This document shows positions 23,308-36,307 of a DNA stretch of 64,000 bases, in pieces. Each line of letters opens with the position of its first letter. Positions within the stretch are counted from its first letter, which is position 1. Origin of the DNA: Cyanophora paradoxa CCMP329 (lineage: Eukaryota; Plantae; Glaucophyta); the NCBI GenBank assembly GCA_004431415.1, contig QPMI01000625.1, positions 65,999 through 129,998 of the forward strand, in the 5' to 3' direction. A program made the translations under genes and the position numbers. Under the pieces are notes generated by a model. That model did no database searches and was not told the origin of the DNA. It was given only the letters and a program-made list of their open reading frames with translations.

Positions 23308-26300
23308 GAAGAAGAAGAAGAGTATGTATAAGACACGCCCGAGCCGGTTGTGCGGTTTTGACGAAAGGCGAAGGACCCGAAGGCCCGAAGCACAATCGAC
23401 AGTGAACCAACCAGACAAGGGTAGTGGCGGCGCAAACGCCTTACGGTCTACCATGTATGCCCCGGCGGTCCGGCGCTCATACACGCAGACACGGAAAGCA
23501 ACCACAGACATCCCAATGCGGGCCTCTTCCTAATGCCGGCCTGGGGGAGTCCTGGTCACGACCTCACGTGTGAAACCTTCAGCCATCAGTCATGTCATCA
23601 GCCTCTTCGTCAGAGATAAGCACCATTGGAGAACCTGGGTCATCAGCGAGATCCATAGGGGCAGCGGATGGGAGAGTTGGAGGAGGTGAAGGCCGCAAGC
23701 GTTTGAAAGAAACCTGAGGTGGGACACCAGGAATGTTATCACCATGATCCAGAGCACCAGGGTCTGGAGAAGACATTCGACGACGCTTAGGCGGAACAAT
23801 AGAAGGAGAAAGAGGATCAGTATCCATGGGCGTCATAGGCGCAGAAGAAGGCAGAGGGGCAGAAGAGGGAGGAGCTAGGGAAGCAATGACAGCATGACTC
23901 GCGAAGTCGGGCTCAACATCAACAGCGTCGATTCGGATAGGAGAGATCGGCAGCAGATCAGGGGCAAGCTCAGTGTCATCCACATAGATGATAACTTGAG
24001 GAGAGGGCGGAGGTGAACCTGTATCATCTATAGCAGCATCAAGACCAAACGCTGAAGCACCAACACGACGGCGTTGAAGAGGCGGCTCATCCTCCGAGTC
24101 AATATCGGGCGGCGGGTGAGGTGGCAGCGGGTGAGGGGTGAGTGAACCACAGGACCAGGGTCAGGGCAGGGTCGGGTCCACCAGGGGGGTCGTCATCATC
24201 TGATGAGGTACTACTGGAGGAATCATCAGGATCATCAGGGCCAAGGTCGGAAAGGTCAGAGGAGTCTGAGCCGTTGTCAGGAGGGGACATATAGCCTTCA
24301 AGATCCTCCTTTTCAAGACGCTGCAGCAGGACAGGCCGCACACTGGCATAAGGAAACTGAGCCACAAGGGGCTAGGGGCTAGATCGGGCTAGGGGCAGGC
24401 TGAGCAATATGTTCACAGTGCTCATAAGAGGCTAGGGAATGGTCATAAGCACGCGCAGCGTCTAAAAGATTAGCGTAGAATGAAGAATGAGAGGGGTCAG
24501 CAGTAGAGATGAAACGGAAATACCCACGGACATAGGTGACTTTAAATCGAGGTAAACGACGAGGAAGCATGTCCATAAAATCGTCCAGTTCGCGGAACAA
24601 GGCAGCCATCAGAGTAGCGGCCTTCAAGCCCGTCTTGGAGGAAGGTGTAAGGGGCAGCTGTGTGTTAGGGTCCATTGCAAACGTAGCCGCAGCTTCAGTG
24701 CGACCTGCTCGATAGGCCAGACAATACGAGCGGAAAATGACGTGCAATCCAAGAATCCGAACAACCTGCCACTCCCAGTTCTGCAAGAACATCCAGCTGT
24801 CAGCAAAACGGACCGAGCCAGTAAGCAACCAGGCAACAAAGCGAGCGGAAGGAATGGGCATCGGCTGGAGCTGCAGGGCATGGAAGATGAGCGACCAGAA
24901 CTGCTGCACAACAGGGCAGAGGACGAAAACGTGCAGTGCATTGCAGCGCCGGTGGCAGACCGGGCATAGCGAGGAGAGGAGCTCACTGTCAAGCAAATTT
25001 GCCGAAGCAGGACGCTGAATATCAGAGCGCGCAGCCATATCAGCGATGCGGGACGATGTGCGGAGGGCGTTGTAGCGCAGAGCAAAGTAGCCGTCAAGGA
25101 CCCGCTGCGTGAGAGCGTAGCGGAGGTCGGGAATCACTGTGTTGAACCAGGGAAAGCGATCAGTGCGCGCATCGTAGCCCGGCGGCCAGAGGAACTTTGG
25201 AGAGAGATCAGCACGCCACTTAGTCTCAGCGGTCGTCGGCGCCATGAAAGCGTGGGAGGAGAGGTACTTGTACACGTCGTGAACCGTGAAACGCGACGGG
25301 GCAGCAGGCAGCTTGTACGCAACCGACTTAGAGAGGCGCAGCTCTTCCTTTGAGCGATCATTGATGTTCTCGCGGTCAGAGTGGAACGCAAACGTACGGG
25401 AAGACGACGGTGGCAGCGGACGGAGTGCAAGGTCGGAAAGCTGTAACGAGTTCATGAGGAACCGGACGAGTGCAGGCATGGGGGACAACTTGCAAGCATT
25501 CTTAACAAGGCTAAGCGCATGTGCAGGCACGGGAATGAAGTCGATCGCACGGGCCGCGGGCCGGATCGCAAGTACATCGGGGAGGGCAACGGGACTGTCA
25601 AGCGAAGCACTGCAAGGCACGTCAATCTCATGGAAAGCGAGCTGTGTGTCAGGAAGAAGGCGAACGCGACAGAGAGCTACTCCCTGAAGTGAGACGCGTT
25701 CAGCAGCAAGTTTCGAGAAAGGGCCAATAGCGAGACCTCCAGGTTCGTGTTTCCAGTCTGCAGTGCGACCACAGCGCCAAACCTCTTGCGCAAGTCGATT
25801 ATTGAGCGCATGCAGCTGGTCGCGCAGTTGCTCGGGATAGGAGGGCTCGACATAGAGAGTATGTTCCCCAGAGAAGTCCCAGATTTGATAGTTAAAACGG
25901 AAGCCGAGACGGAAGAGCAACGTGAAAGTGAAATCACGCTCATAGTACGTGTCTTTCTTATACCAGGGGTGCATGATCGGCATACGCAGGAAATCCCAGG
26001 CGCAGCGGGGCCTCCTGACATCGAAGATAGTCCGCCAGGCTTCGAAGATGGCAAAGAACGGGTCAGCAGGCGGAGGCCACAATGGCTTCACCAAGCGATC
26101 AGTTCTGTTGAGAAAAGGAAGCCAGAGCCCAAAGCCACCGTTTTCCGTGAACGCCTCAATAATTTCTCGACCAGGAAGAGATGCCGGGGAAGCAAGCCAC
26201 GATTCCAAAGAGTTTGCGGCAAAGGCCAGCTGGAAGTGTTCGGGGAGGGCGCTCCGAGACCGCCGAGAGATACAGGTCGACACGAAGCAGTGGTCATGCC

Positions 26301-29300
26301 CTGATGAGGTAAGATGAACGCATCGGAATTTGAAGAACGTTTCCAGACAAAGGTCTGTAAATTCTTTGAAATAGCCCGGAGGATCTTAGGAGGTGCTGGA
26401 ACCGCACGGATATAAAAGCTTAAGACCCCTGACAAAAAGCATAGGCGATGCGACCCCGTCCAAGAAGGGACGACTGGAAATCGACAGCTGTCTCCATAAA
26501 GAAGGTCGCTTTATGCTGAATCATGTTCCAAGACGGATGGTGCTCGCGATCAAGAAGGAGCTGATGAGGGAAACCGAGCTGCTTATGACAAGCAGGATCA
26601 AGCTCAGCGACGCGGAGAACAGGGAATGGCAAGGGATCGGACGGATCGAAATCCAATGGTGAGGCAGCCGGTTCCCTTAGAACAATAGCAAGAGATTTCT
26701 CGATAGAGAGATGTTGACCAGAGAGTGGTTTGAAAGAGGCAAAACGTGCGTGGATAGCTAAGAGAGAGTCACGTAGAGAGAGCCCCTGGGCGCGGAGCAG
26801 GAATAGCTGATAAATATCGTCAGCAAACTGGACAAGGGGGTGCCAACAGGGCGGGGTATATCAGTGAGTGAGAGCAAGAGAGAACGTAGAGGGCTGATCG
26901 AGAGAATGAAGGAAACTGGGCTCCAGGGACCACCTTGAATGGTGCCCACAAGACGTGAGAACACAGAAGAGAATAGCCCATTCGCAAATACACGTGCACG
27001 GAGGGGAGCTCGAGGGTTGTACAGACAGTGGTGCATTCTTCGGATAAGCCAGGGCCATTGTTGCACATGGAGAACGAGCGCCATAATAACCCAAAGCAAC
27101 AGATCGTAGGCAGACTTAAGATCAGAGTCAAACCCGATAACACAGTCATAATTGGCGTAGCGGATGCGTGTATACGTTGCCAGCACTGCAAAGACATTTT
27201 TATGAACGTCCCGACCTTGTACGAAACCGAACTGATCTTCAGGAATGATGAGTTGTAAGATCGGATTGGCTACTGTGACCATAGTCCGTTCGAACAAGCG
27301 CAAGAGTGTGTTAGAAACTCCAATAGGTCGGTATTTCGAAGCATCAGTGGGCAAGCCTGACCGGTGACCGCTTCCAGATGAAAGTGTATGTCAAGTCGCG
27401 CATAAAGTCAGGGAGGAAGCCTTGAACAGCGATCTTTTGAAAGTAGGCAGCCAGGAAAAAAGACCAGGGCTTTGTGTGCATCTTAAAAATGCCAACGGGA
27501 ATTCCATCAGGACCTGGTGCCCCATGGGCATACGCTTTACTGATAGAGAACGCTACGTCGTCAGGCGAGATATTAGTCTGAGTGCGCCAAACAGGCGGGA
27601 CAATCCCCTGAACATGGGGCAAGATATCGTCCACAAATTGTTGAATGAAAGCAGCAGCGGAGGGATTATCTGGAGACGCCGGAAGGGGGATATCAACAGT
27701 AGGGTCCTCGGGGGTTCAGGAGGGGGCAGAGAGCGTCAAGGATAGAGGTCTGAGTCAACAGGAAAGCAGGGGTAGGAGCGCCCAGTTCTACAAGCTTTCT
27801 AGCCAAATAGTTCGCAACCGCGCCAGGCTCAACAGTGATAGCAGTGGGACCATCCGAGCTGAAGTGCAGCGGCGGGGGGACAATGGAGGAGGCTTGGCGA
27901 GCCGCGCCCAGTCGCGCTTAGAGCCGCTTTCGAATGTAAGTCGGTGCTGAAGCCTGGCAAGCTGACGATTGCTGAGAGAGACCTTCTTCTGAAGTTCGCG
28001 CAGGGATTCAAGCCGCTGGGTGCGCTCGCGGTACAGCGCGACAGCATCGGAGCCGGGCGGCAAGCGGTAGATCTTCATTTCAACGTCGCCCAGCGCTTTG
28101 TACGCCGCGCGCTCATGCGTGTAAAGCTTGCTAATCACGTGCGCTCTGTGCTTACGCGCCATCTTGCAGAGTCGCTTACAGAATGCGCGCCAAGTATCGT
28201 CGAAGACAGCAGCATCCGTAACTACCTCGCCTTCACCACGCGCTTGAATGATAGTGTCCAGGAATTGGGTCAAGTGCGTTTCCGTGCGCTTGCGCAGAGC
28301 AGGGTCGAGGCAGACTGGATCGCCGCGCTGAGAATACTGTCCGGGCAGGTTGCTGACGAAATCATACGGGAACGCTTGCACGCGGGACCGGGGCAAATGA
28401 CGGTGCACACGAGGGCCTGAAAAGGAGAGAACAAGAATGCGGTGGTCCAGCTGAAGATGGAGTGCATCGGATGGCGCTAGGAGCGAGTAAGTGGCAAGGC
28501 GACGCTGGAACCACTTGGTTGCAAGAGCAAAGTCGAGGCGCGAGTTTACAGCTTTAAGGCTAACAATTCGTGAATAAGTTGGGGCAAAAGCTGAAGCAGT
28601 TCCGCCGGCAGGAGGCGGTGGAGCATGGTTCGCAAGATCATCAAGCTGGTGGGAAGTCATCGTTGTGTGAAGGTACGAGCGCTGCAGGGAATTAGGCTTC
28701 GGGGTGCGGTGATTCCAGTCTCCGATCAGAAGCATAGGCACAGTAGCGGAGAGATACCCAGCCTGCACACAAGATTGCCACCATTCACGGCGGTCCCTGT
28801 TATCACTAGCAGGGGCATAGACGCAAGCCAAGAGTACGGTCGTAGCAGGGAAGGAACCCGACGCCTTGTACGCAACAGAGACCGAAATAAAACGTCCATC
28901 AGAGTCCTGACGAGCAAGTGTAACCTCGTGCTGTGCAGCAAAGAAGGGCGTGACCATTATGGCAACACCAGTGGAGCGGGATTGAGTAGGAGCAGAGTGG
29001 AAGAACGGGCCTCGCCAGGCAGCTGCAATCTTCTCAAGTTTTCCCAAAGGGTGACCAGCGTCATCAAATTCCCGTAACTTAGTTTCCTGTAAGCAGAGGA
29101 TGTCTATCTTGTGAGCAACGGCAAACTTCCTGCAACGTTCCACAAAGTTCTGCAGCTTGCTGGGACTATTGAGCCCGCCCACATTTAATGATGCAATGTT
29201 AACCAAACTTAATCAGGCCATGGCGGTGCACGAAGGCGGTGAATGTGGGGCAGCGGGGCAATCCCAGCAATGAAGGGAAATGCAAGGCTCTCCAGATGAA

Positions 29301-29800
29301 AGCCGAGGACCCGAGAGCTTAGCCCGGCATCAGCTTCGAGAAGGATTGAGTGCGCAGCTAGCACGGCAGCAGCTCCGAGAAGTACGATCCGAGTAACGGT
29401 AACTGGCCGCGTCGACGTCTGCACATGGCGAGAGCTGAGCCGGGCGTACGCATGACATAGAATGTACCGAGCTTGTGTGCGACAGGAGCTGGAGGCGGGA
29501 GCACAGCTGCCGGATGACGCCGCGCGGACGTCAAAGACGAAGAGCATGTTGGTGGACAGGAGTCTCGCGAATCCGGCTGCCGCAAGGAGTTCAAGGCAGC
29601 GCGCACGGGAATGCGCAGGCAAAGCGACAGGGATAGGTGCCCGAAGGACAGGAATAGGTGCCTCGCGGCAGATTGCAGGTGCCCAAGGGCAGGAGAGTCT
29701 CAGAACGACGCATAAGACAAGGATAAGTGCGCACCACGCTCCGCGCTGCTGCTGCTGTGCTGTTGCGTGCCTCGCCAGATCCGGGGGGGTCACCTGAGAA
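23308..29800 (-). mobile_element. Non-LTR retrotransposon (L1/Tx1-like): APE endonuclease - RT - CCHC zinc finger, frameshifted
   Basis: EN: SLNVGGLN, DILCLQETK, VYAP, GDWN, SRLDF, LDH (29206-28400). RT: APGPDGIP, YRPIGVSN, QFGFVQGR, DLKSAYD, GTIQGGPWSP, FADD (~26820). CPVC...HVFVLC (~24950). (TTC)n tail at ~23308-23320. The likely start ATG-GCC at 29221 is followed by an in-frame TGA. Confidence 0.92.
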
Positions 29801-30418
29801 GTTGGACGTCTTTGATCACGATTCCGATTAAGCACTGAGGGCCGAATGTGTGGGGCCGAATTCATGCACTGCAGCTGTGCAGCTGTGCACGTGGTTGGGC
29901 TGCGGGCTAGGTACGCTGCTGCGGTCTGCCGCAGTGCTGAATCATTGAATGGTCCCCATTGCCGGCCCCAGCACATGTACATGTACATGTACAGGCCGAG
30001 GCCTGCCGCAGTGCATGCGCATGTGCAGGAGCTCCAGGGATCCCACATGCACCGCCCATGGCCACTCAGTGACTGATCCTGGTACCGTAGTAGTACGATG
30101 CATGATCATGCACGTGGCGCCGGCTAACAATTTACTAAGTTATAGAAAGTTAGGCTGTATACGTACGTATACCGTAGTACATGTGCGGGGGCAGAGTCCC
30201 CCCGTAGAAATGATTCGAACTGCCTCGCGCGCGCAGTCCATTGGGAGGCGCGGAGCTCCGAGTCCCATCGAGCTCGATAACAAGCTCGTCGAGGTGGAGG
30301 AGGCTGCAACGGCGAGGGCTGCAACTGCTCAATTTGCAACAATATAACCCAGGCGAACCACAGCGAAAACCTAGCGGCTAGCGTACATAACGTGTGAACG
30401 CTGAACGAAAGCCTTGAA

Positions 30419-30738
30419 GATCTGGGCGGAGTAGGTGTAAGGGGCGGGGTTGCCAGTTGACCGGATACATGCATAACTGCGGAGGTCAGAATTCGTAACT
30501 TAGTAAGTTTCCTTTTCGCATAATTTCAACGTGTAACTTACAGTCCATAGATGATGAGCCATCTGAGTACAGCCAAGGTTGACACAGCAAGATTGATCAT
30601 GATGGTCGACACGCCGTTGATTCCGAGGCGCATCCCAATCAGGAACATGCCCTGAAACGTGCCTCGGGATGTGCCCCCAAGCAGCCCCATCCCAATTGGC
30701 AAAGCGGAGCCCACTGCGGCCCATCCCAATTGGCAAAA
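30419..30738 (-). pseudogene. Rearranged partial duplicate of the adjacent membrane-protein gene (copies of 30819-30852 and 31589-31826)
   Basis: Direct sequence match with small insertions. Confidence 0.9.
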
Positions 30739-30821
30739 ATCAGGTTTTGTACAAATCACATCACGTGTCACGCCTAAATGCAGCTGGCCAAGTAATGCAG
30801 CCGGCAGAGGGAGAGCAGGAT

Positions 30822-32187
30822 CTAGGCGGAGTAGGTGTAAGGGGCGGGGTTGACCGGGTACATCGCATTTGACGACGATCCATCCTTTGCACGAGAGAAG
30901 CCACCGAACAGAAGGGCCCAAAGGTAGACAAGGCAGAGGACAACAGTTACTATCCACGAGATGATGATGAACAGCGGGCCAAACCTGCAAGGGGGTCTAA
31001 TTCTAGATGGCAAAAAGGCAATATTAATCCAACGTACATTGCGCCACCCTGTGCACGACCATACAAATAGTGCGAGCAGAACGCGATAATGGCTGCAATA
31101 CTGACGAAGAAGAGGAGCTGACATGATAGTAAGAATATTGACGTGTCCAAATGCGACATGAGGTGAGCGAAATAATACCGCAAGGATTCGGACGGAGCGA
31201 CGCGAATCGGCCTTTCCCAGCGCCATCCGATAGTAAACACTGCCCGAAATCTCGGCAAGGCCGAGCCAGCGGACGGCAACGATGAACAGCGGGTGAGAGA
31301 AGACGCGCGGCTGGTCAAACTGGAATCCCGGGAACGTCCACCGGGAGAAAGATTCGGGCACAATCACCATAGCCAAACCAACGCAAATGCAGCAAACTGG
31401 AAGAATCCACAGGAAGTAAATCTCAAAAAGATTTGTCTTGCCAGATGTTTCGAAGGCTTGGCGCAGATTGCTGGAGCTATTCGTGGCGAACCGAAACAAG
31501 AAGAACAGCGCCACGCATATGTATACGATGAAGAAGAGATAAGTCAGGACGATTCCCCAAGTGAGACCATACAGGCGGTACTTGTAATCATAACTGCGGA
31601 GTTCAGAATTCGTAAGTTTCCTTTTCGCATAATTTCAACGTGTAACTTACAGTCCATAGATGATGAGCCATCCGAGTACAGCCAAGGTTGACACAGCAAG
31701 ATTGATGGTCGACACGCCGTTGATTCCGAGGCGCATCCCAATCAGGAACATGCCCTGAAACGTGCCTCGGGATGTGCCCCCAAGCAGCCCCATCCCAATT
31801 GGCAAAGCGGAGCCCAGTGCGGCCCACTACGCACCACGGCGAAGATCAGAGCGATCCCCAGAAGTTGAAGCCTGCAGTGAATTGTAAGATCTAGCGACTT
31901 TTTTGGGGGGCGACTAAACGCATACGTAGTATAGAACACGGGAGCCGAAATCTGATTCACTTCTGACGGGAAGAGAAGATCCTTTCGCATACTCCATGAG
32001 TGGGGGAAGCTGAAGAAAAGCGCCTGCAAGTCATTGTCGACGTCAAGGCAAGTTTGATTGCTTTTGGTCAGCTCGCACGCACCTCGTACGAGGCGACGAC
32101 GAACCAAAGCCCCCACGAACACCACAGGAGCGGGCCTGCAAAGAGGAAGAAAAACTGGTACACGGCGGTCTCGGCCGACGACGCCAT
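30822..32187 (-). CDS. Hypothetical multi-pass membrane protein, multi-exon
   Basis: MASSAETAVYQFFFLFAGPLLW... with many hydrophobic segments separated by short introns, ending PAPYTYSA-stop. No family recognised. Confidence 0.6.
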
Positions 32188-33089
32188 GATCGATCGACTG
32201 CGAAACGGCAGCGCGCGTGTGTGTACGATCGATCGATCGGCTGTGCTGTGTACGTACGTGCGGTCTGAGCTGATCTGGAACTGTAACATTAACTCTTCAG
32301 GTATCTGGACTGGGGTACCTGCGTTCAGCGTAGACAGAGCTAGCTAGCTGTGTACTACGCCTGTCTGGGTTACACGTAGGGAGGTGCGGCCCTCGCCGTT
32401 GCCGGCCCAGCCGTTCCCCCCCGAGACCCGTAAGGGGAGTAACGCTCCACCCCCGCACAGCCTAAGCCGTGCGCGTGTCGTGTGCAGCATCATCGTCGTC
32501 GTTCTTGGGCGGTGGGAGTTCCTGCAGGCCCGGCGGGGCCGGGACCCGTCGGTAGCCTGCGGGGCCGAGGCGGCGCACGCGCGGAAAGGGGTCAGATCGG
32601 AATTGAAGCGCCCTGAAATCGAAATCGAAGGCACGCACTCGGGGAAAGCGCGAAAGCGCGATCCCTCCCTGGTCGATTCTGCAGGGCGGCGGAAGCGCGC
32701 AGAGGGGGGTCAGGCAGCGCACGCGAGATCGGACTTCGGGAGGCGGGGCGGGCACCCAGGGGTTCCAATCCACGCTCCGCGAGGGTAGATTGGCGGGCCT
32801 CCCAGTGCGAGTGCCTGCACGCGCGGGGGTTGACCCGAGGGCATTCCGAGGGCACCCGGCGCGCTGGGACGGCGCGGACCTGGGCGCGCTCGGCCTCGTC
32901 GGGGAGAAAGCCTGCAGCGTTGCGCGCGCGCGCGGCGTCAAACGCGCCGCCCTCGGGGGCGACGAGGGCGACGCCGAGCTCGCGACGAGGGCGACGCCGA
33001 GCTCGAGGCGCGCGCGGAGGCGCACCTGGGAAGGCGCCACGAAAGTGGCGCGCTCCATGGAGCACCGGCAGGAATGCGATCCGCTGCGT

Positions 33090-33945
33090 AAGCAACGGAA
33101 AGGTCAAGGAACAAAACGCTGCGCGGCGCGCGGAGCGCTCACAAGGGATCCCCTAGCACGCACGCTTGCTGGCGTTCAGATAGCGCCGCACGCTCCCTCC
33201 CATGCGCTTGCATGTATCGCATTTCCAGTCCGTGACTGTGTCCGCCTGCGCCCGGATCGTGACCGAGCTGGGGGAACAAGTGGGGACGGGGCCGGGAGCT
33301 GCGCACGCAGAGGGCATAGCGGAGGAGGTCAACGATGGACGGAGGGGGGCCGGGTTTCGCGGGCGGAATGGATAGGTGGAGGGCCAGCTGCGGGTCGGGC
33401 TCGTCTGTATGGGAGGAGTACGTGCAGCCGCTGTGGGGGCACGAAGTCACGCTGCTGACGTAGAAGTTGAACAGGCCCTGGACCTGCGCCGGCGGGCGGG
33501 TGGGCGCGAGGTGGCGAGGGGAGGCGGGGATGGGACCGGCCTCGGTTGGCAGGTTGTCGATCACTGCGAAGAGGAACTCTTGCGCGTCCTGCTGCAACCC
33601 GCCTCTGAAGACTCTCTTGCTTTCCGCAACTGCTTCCTTGAGACGGTCGCCCGAGAGCTCGCGTTCGCCCGACGTCCCGAGCAGCTGCGCGGGGAGGCTG
33701 TCATTGCCTCACCCCGATCGGGGCGCGCGGGGAGGGAGGGGGAGGCGCGCACTTGGGGGATCAGTCGCTTGAGCTCGCGGTGGATGTCGCCGGCGGGGCC
33801 TTGGGCGGGGTCCAGGGAGAGAACGGTTTCGGCGAGCTGCGGGAGGCTCACGATGCACTGCACGGGCGCGTTGATGTAGCACATGTTCGCCCCGGGCGGG
33901 TTCGGCAGCCCGCGGCGAACGCCGTTCTGGTTGCCCCCGCGCGTT
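33090..33945 (-). pseudogene. Ubiquitin-specific protease (USP/C19) catalytic domain, partial and intron-containing
   Basis: Cys box GLPNPPGANMCYINAPVQC, QQDAQEFL, finger Zn pairs CPHSGC and WKCDTCK. No His box recognised. Confidence 0.8.
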
Positions 33946-34283
33946 CCATCAGCAAAGGGATGGCAGACGCAGCGGTAGAGCGATAGCGAGCCGCGCTTGA
34001 GGGTGCCAAAAGTGGGCGGTGAGAGCCCGCACGCGAGGAGGCGGTACGTATACACGGAATACAAACGCGCTCGATGACCGTAGCGTACGCGCGCATGTCG
34101 CACGGCCGCACCGAGGGGGTGTTCATCTGCGCCTGCGTTGTGAAAGCTGGTGCGCGCGTCAGTGTGCGCAAGTGACTCTGAAACATTGACGGCGCAGTAC
34201 AGTACCTCGGCCTAGACGTATGTGGCTGGGATTGATATCGGCGTGACTAGCGCTGGTCTGTTGTGCGTGCAGGGGTACGCATG

Positions 34284-34440
34284 AACTTTCGTCCAACTTT
34301 CGTCCAACTCTCGTCCAATTGGTACATATACTTTCGTCCAACTTTCGTCCAACTTTAAATTTCGTCCAACTTTCGTCCAACTCTCGTCCAATTGGTACAT
34401 ATACTTTCGTCCAACTTTCGTCCAACTTTAAATTTCGTCC
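34284..34440 (+). repeat. Tandem 11-mer (aactttcgtcc)n with a ~73-bp higher-order period
   Basis: Seen directly; related array at ~47198-47254. Confidence 0.95.
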
Positions 34441-34904
34441 TGCTCCCGACCCGCCCGTCGGACCCGCCGGACCCGGCTTTGCAACACGCCCGTTTGAGCT
34501 CTGAGCGTACAGTTAATGCGAAATCTGCAGGTGGGAGGCCTCCGTTTTTGAATTCTCAGCTCCAGCTCCAGCGAACGCGCGGCGGCGCCAGAGCGCTTAG
34601 TTCCAGCGAACGCGCGGCGGCGCCAGAGCGCGATGGACGGCGGCACGTCATCGCGTCACAAAGCTTCAGCGCGTCGCAGCGAGTCACAGAAGCTGCGAGA
34701 GACGCTTCCCGCCGATCTGCCCGACGAGTGGCGGGCTGCGCTGCTGCATATCGCGGACCTTGCGATGCGAGGTTCAAGGTAGGACGATTACGATCGTAAT
34801 TACTAAGTTAGGACGTCCTAGCTTTGATCCAGCTAGGGTTGGACGTCGTGATTATTCTATATAGCACTTAGAGTCTTTATATCGCACTTAGAGACCACCA
34901 ATCT

Positions 34905-36307
34905 TAGACTGCAAATCGGCAGCACGGCAGCTCAGTGTTCTGAGCGCGGGCTCTCAACTTTCGAACAAGAGCGGGCGCAGCTGGAAGCCGACCGCAGGCT
35001 CGCAATTGAAGAACGTCAACACACTGAACAGCGCCTGAGAGATTTCGAGGAGGAGCGCCTGGCCTTGCTCGCAGAAAAAGATGCATTCGCTGCAGAAATG
35101 GATGCTCTGAGTCACACCTTGCAAACGGAGAGGATGCAGCTCGATGCAGAGAGGCGAATGTGGGAACGAGACAAGGAGGAGCTGAAGGCGGAGCTTGCAA
35201 AGTGATTTCCATTTCGATTCTGGGTTGTAAGAGTGCTCGCTGACATCCTTTATTCACTATGCAGGCAAACTGATGAGCTTCAGAGGCAACAGGCAAAGCT
35301 GGAGAACGAGCGAAATCAGAAAGCAGAGGAAGTTGAGGTTTTGCGGAAAAAATTCAGCCCTCTCAACAAAATTATTACGCTGGTATGGAAACTCAGAAAC
35401 TTTTCCAGTTTCTTTCCAGATATTTTACTCAGAACGTGGGCGGGAAAATCTTTCAAGTGGGGAGCGAAACGTTGAAAGCCTCAGTCGATTCCATCTTCCC
35501 TGCGATTTTGAGTGGAGTGCGTTGCTCTTGCTTTGCCAAAACAAACAGTATGGCTCACTGTTTGCAGGGATACGACATCAAGAAAGATGAGAAGGGGTAC
35601 ACACCTTGTCGAATGCACATTGTGGCCACATTGATTGTACGCAGTGCCATCTTTTTAGACCGTGCACCAGATGCATTCCGCTTTGTCCTCTCATGGCTGC
35701 GCGATGGGCCAGCATGGCTGAACGAGGCGAAGGTAGCCGCCCTCCCAATTTGGCTGCGCTATGCCTAACTTGGGTGAAGCTGGATCGACGGGAACGAGCG
35801 GAAGCCATGCGAGAAGCCGATTATTTTCGGATGAGTGCTTTCCGCGAGCACCTGATGGCTCAGAGAAAGCAAGAGGAGCTGGATACCGTCATGAGACTGG
35901 ACTCACTTAGCATTTCGGCAAGTGATAACTGGTAGGACGCCTCGTTGCTTTTCTCGGAGCCACCCCCCATTTTTCGCAGGTATATCGTCTCGGCAGCTTG
36001 GTTGAAGGCATGGCGAGCCTTTGTTCAATCTGATTTAAGCAGCCCGCCGCCTGGACCTGTCTCGAATGGGAGCTTGTTGGCACTCGATGGGAGCCCGCGT
36101 CCAAACTTGAAGAAGCACAAGCACTATAGAGGTACAATACATTGTGTGCATTGCACGCAATTATGTAGCTTACGATGCCCCAAGGTGTAAACCCACGCGT
36201 CTGGAGCTACTTGATCGAGATTTATGGCGGGGGGCCGCCAATTCCCCGCGCACAGCTTGATATCTATTCCAGCTACAGACCTGCGTTCAGCGTAGACAGA
36301 GCTAGCT
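34905..36307 (+). CDS. Coiled-coil - BTB/POZ (KCTD/T1 type) - DUSP domain protein; 5' end unclear, 3' end runs into element A
   Basis: KIITL|NVGGKIFQVGSETL, AIFLDRAPDAFRFVLSWLRDG, READYFRM; DUSP: W|YIVSAAWLKAWRAFV...PPGPVSNGSLL...HYRG|VNPRVWSYLIEIYGGGPPIPR. Confidence 0.8.

Larger units (their letters stand above)
32311..34440 (+). mobile_element. Non-autonomous element copy: subfamily A arm (32311-33150), USP cargo, right arm (34050-34440) with 11-bp subterminal repeats
   Basis: Left arm shared with 36279-37091; right arm shared with 46930-47259. Confidence 0.75.

Noticed and set aside
29209-30048. 279-aa ORF as retrotransposon ORF1
   Set aside because: It crosses the element boundary into palindromic filler and has no RRM or zinc-knuckle motif.
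34284-34440. Telomeric repeat or (LDESWTK)n protein
   Set aside because: An internal 11-mer array tied to the element's right arm (also at ~47200); no evidence for coding.
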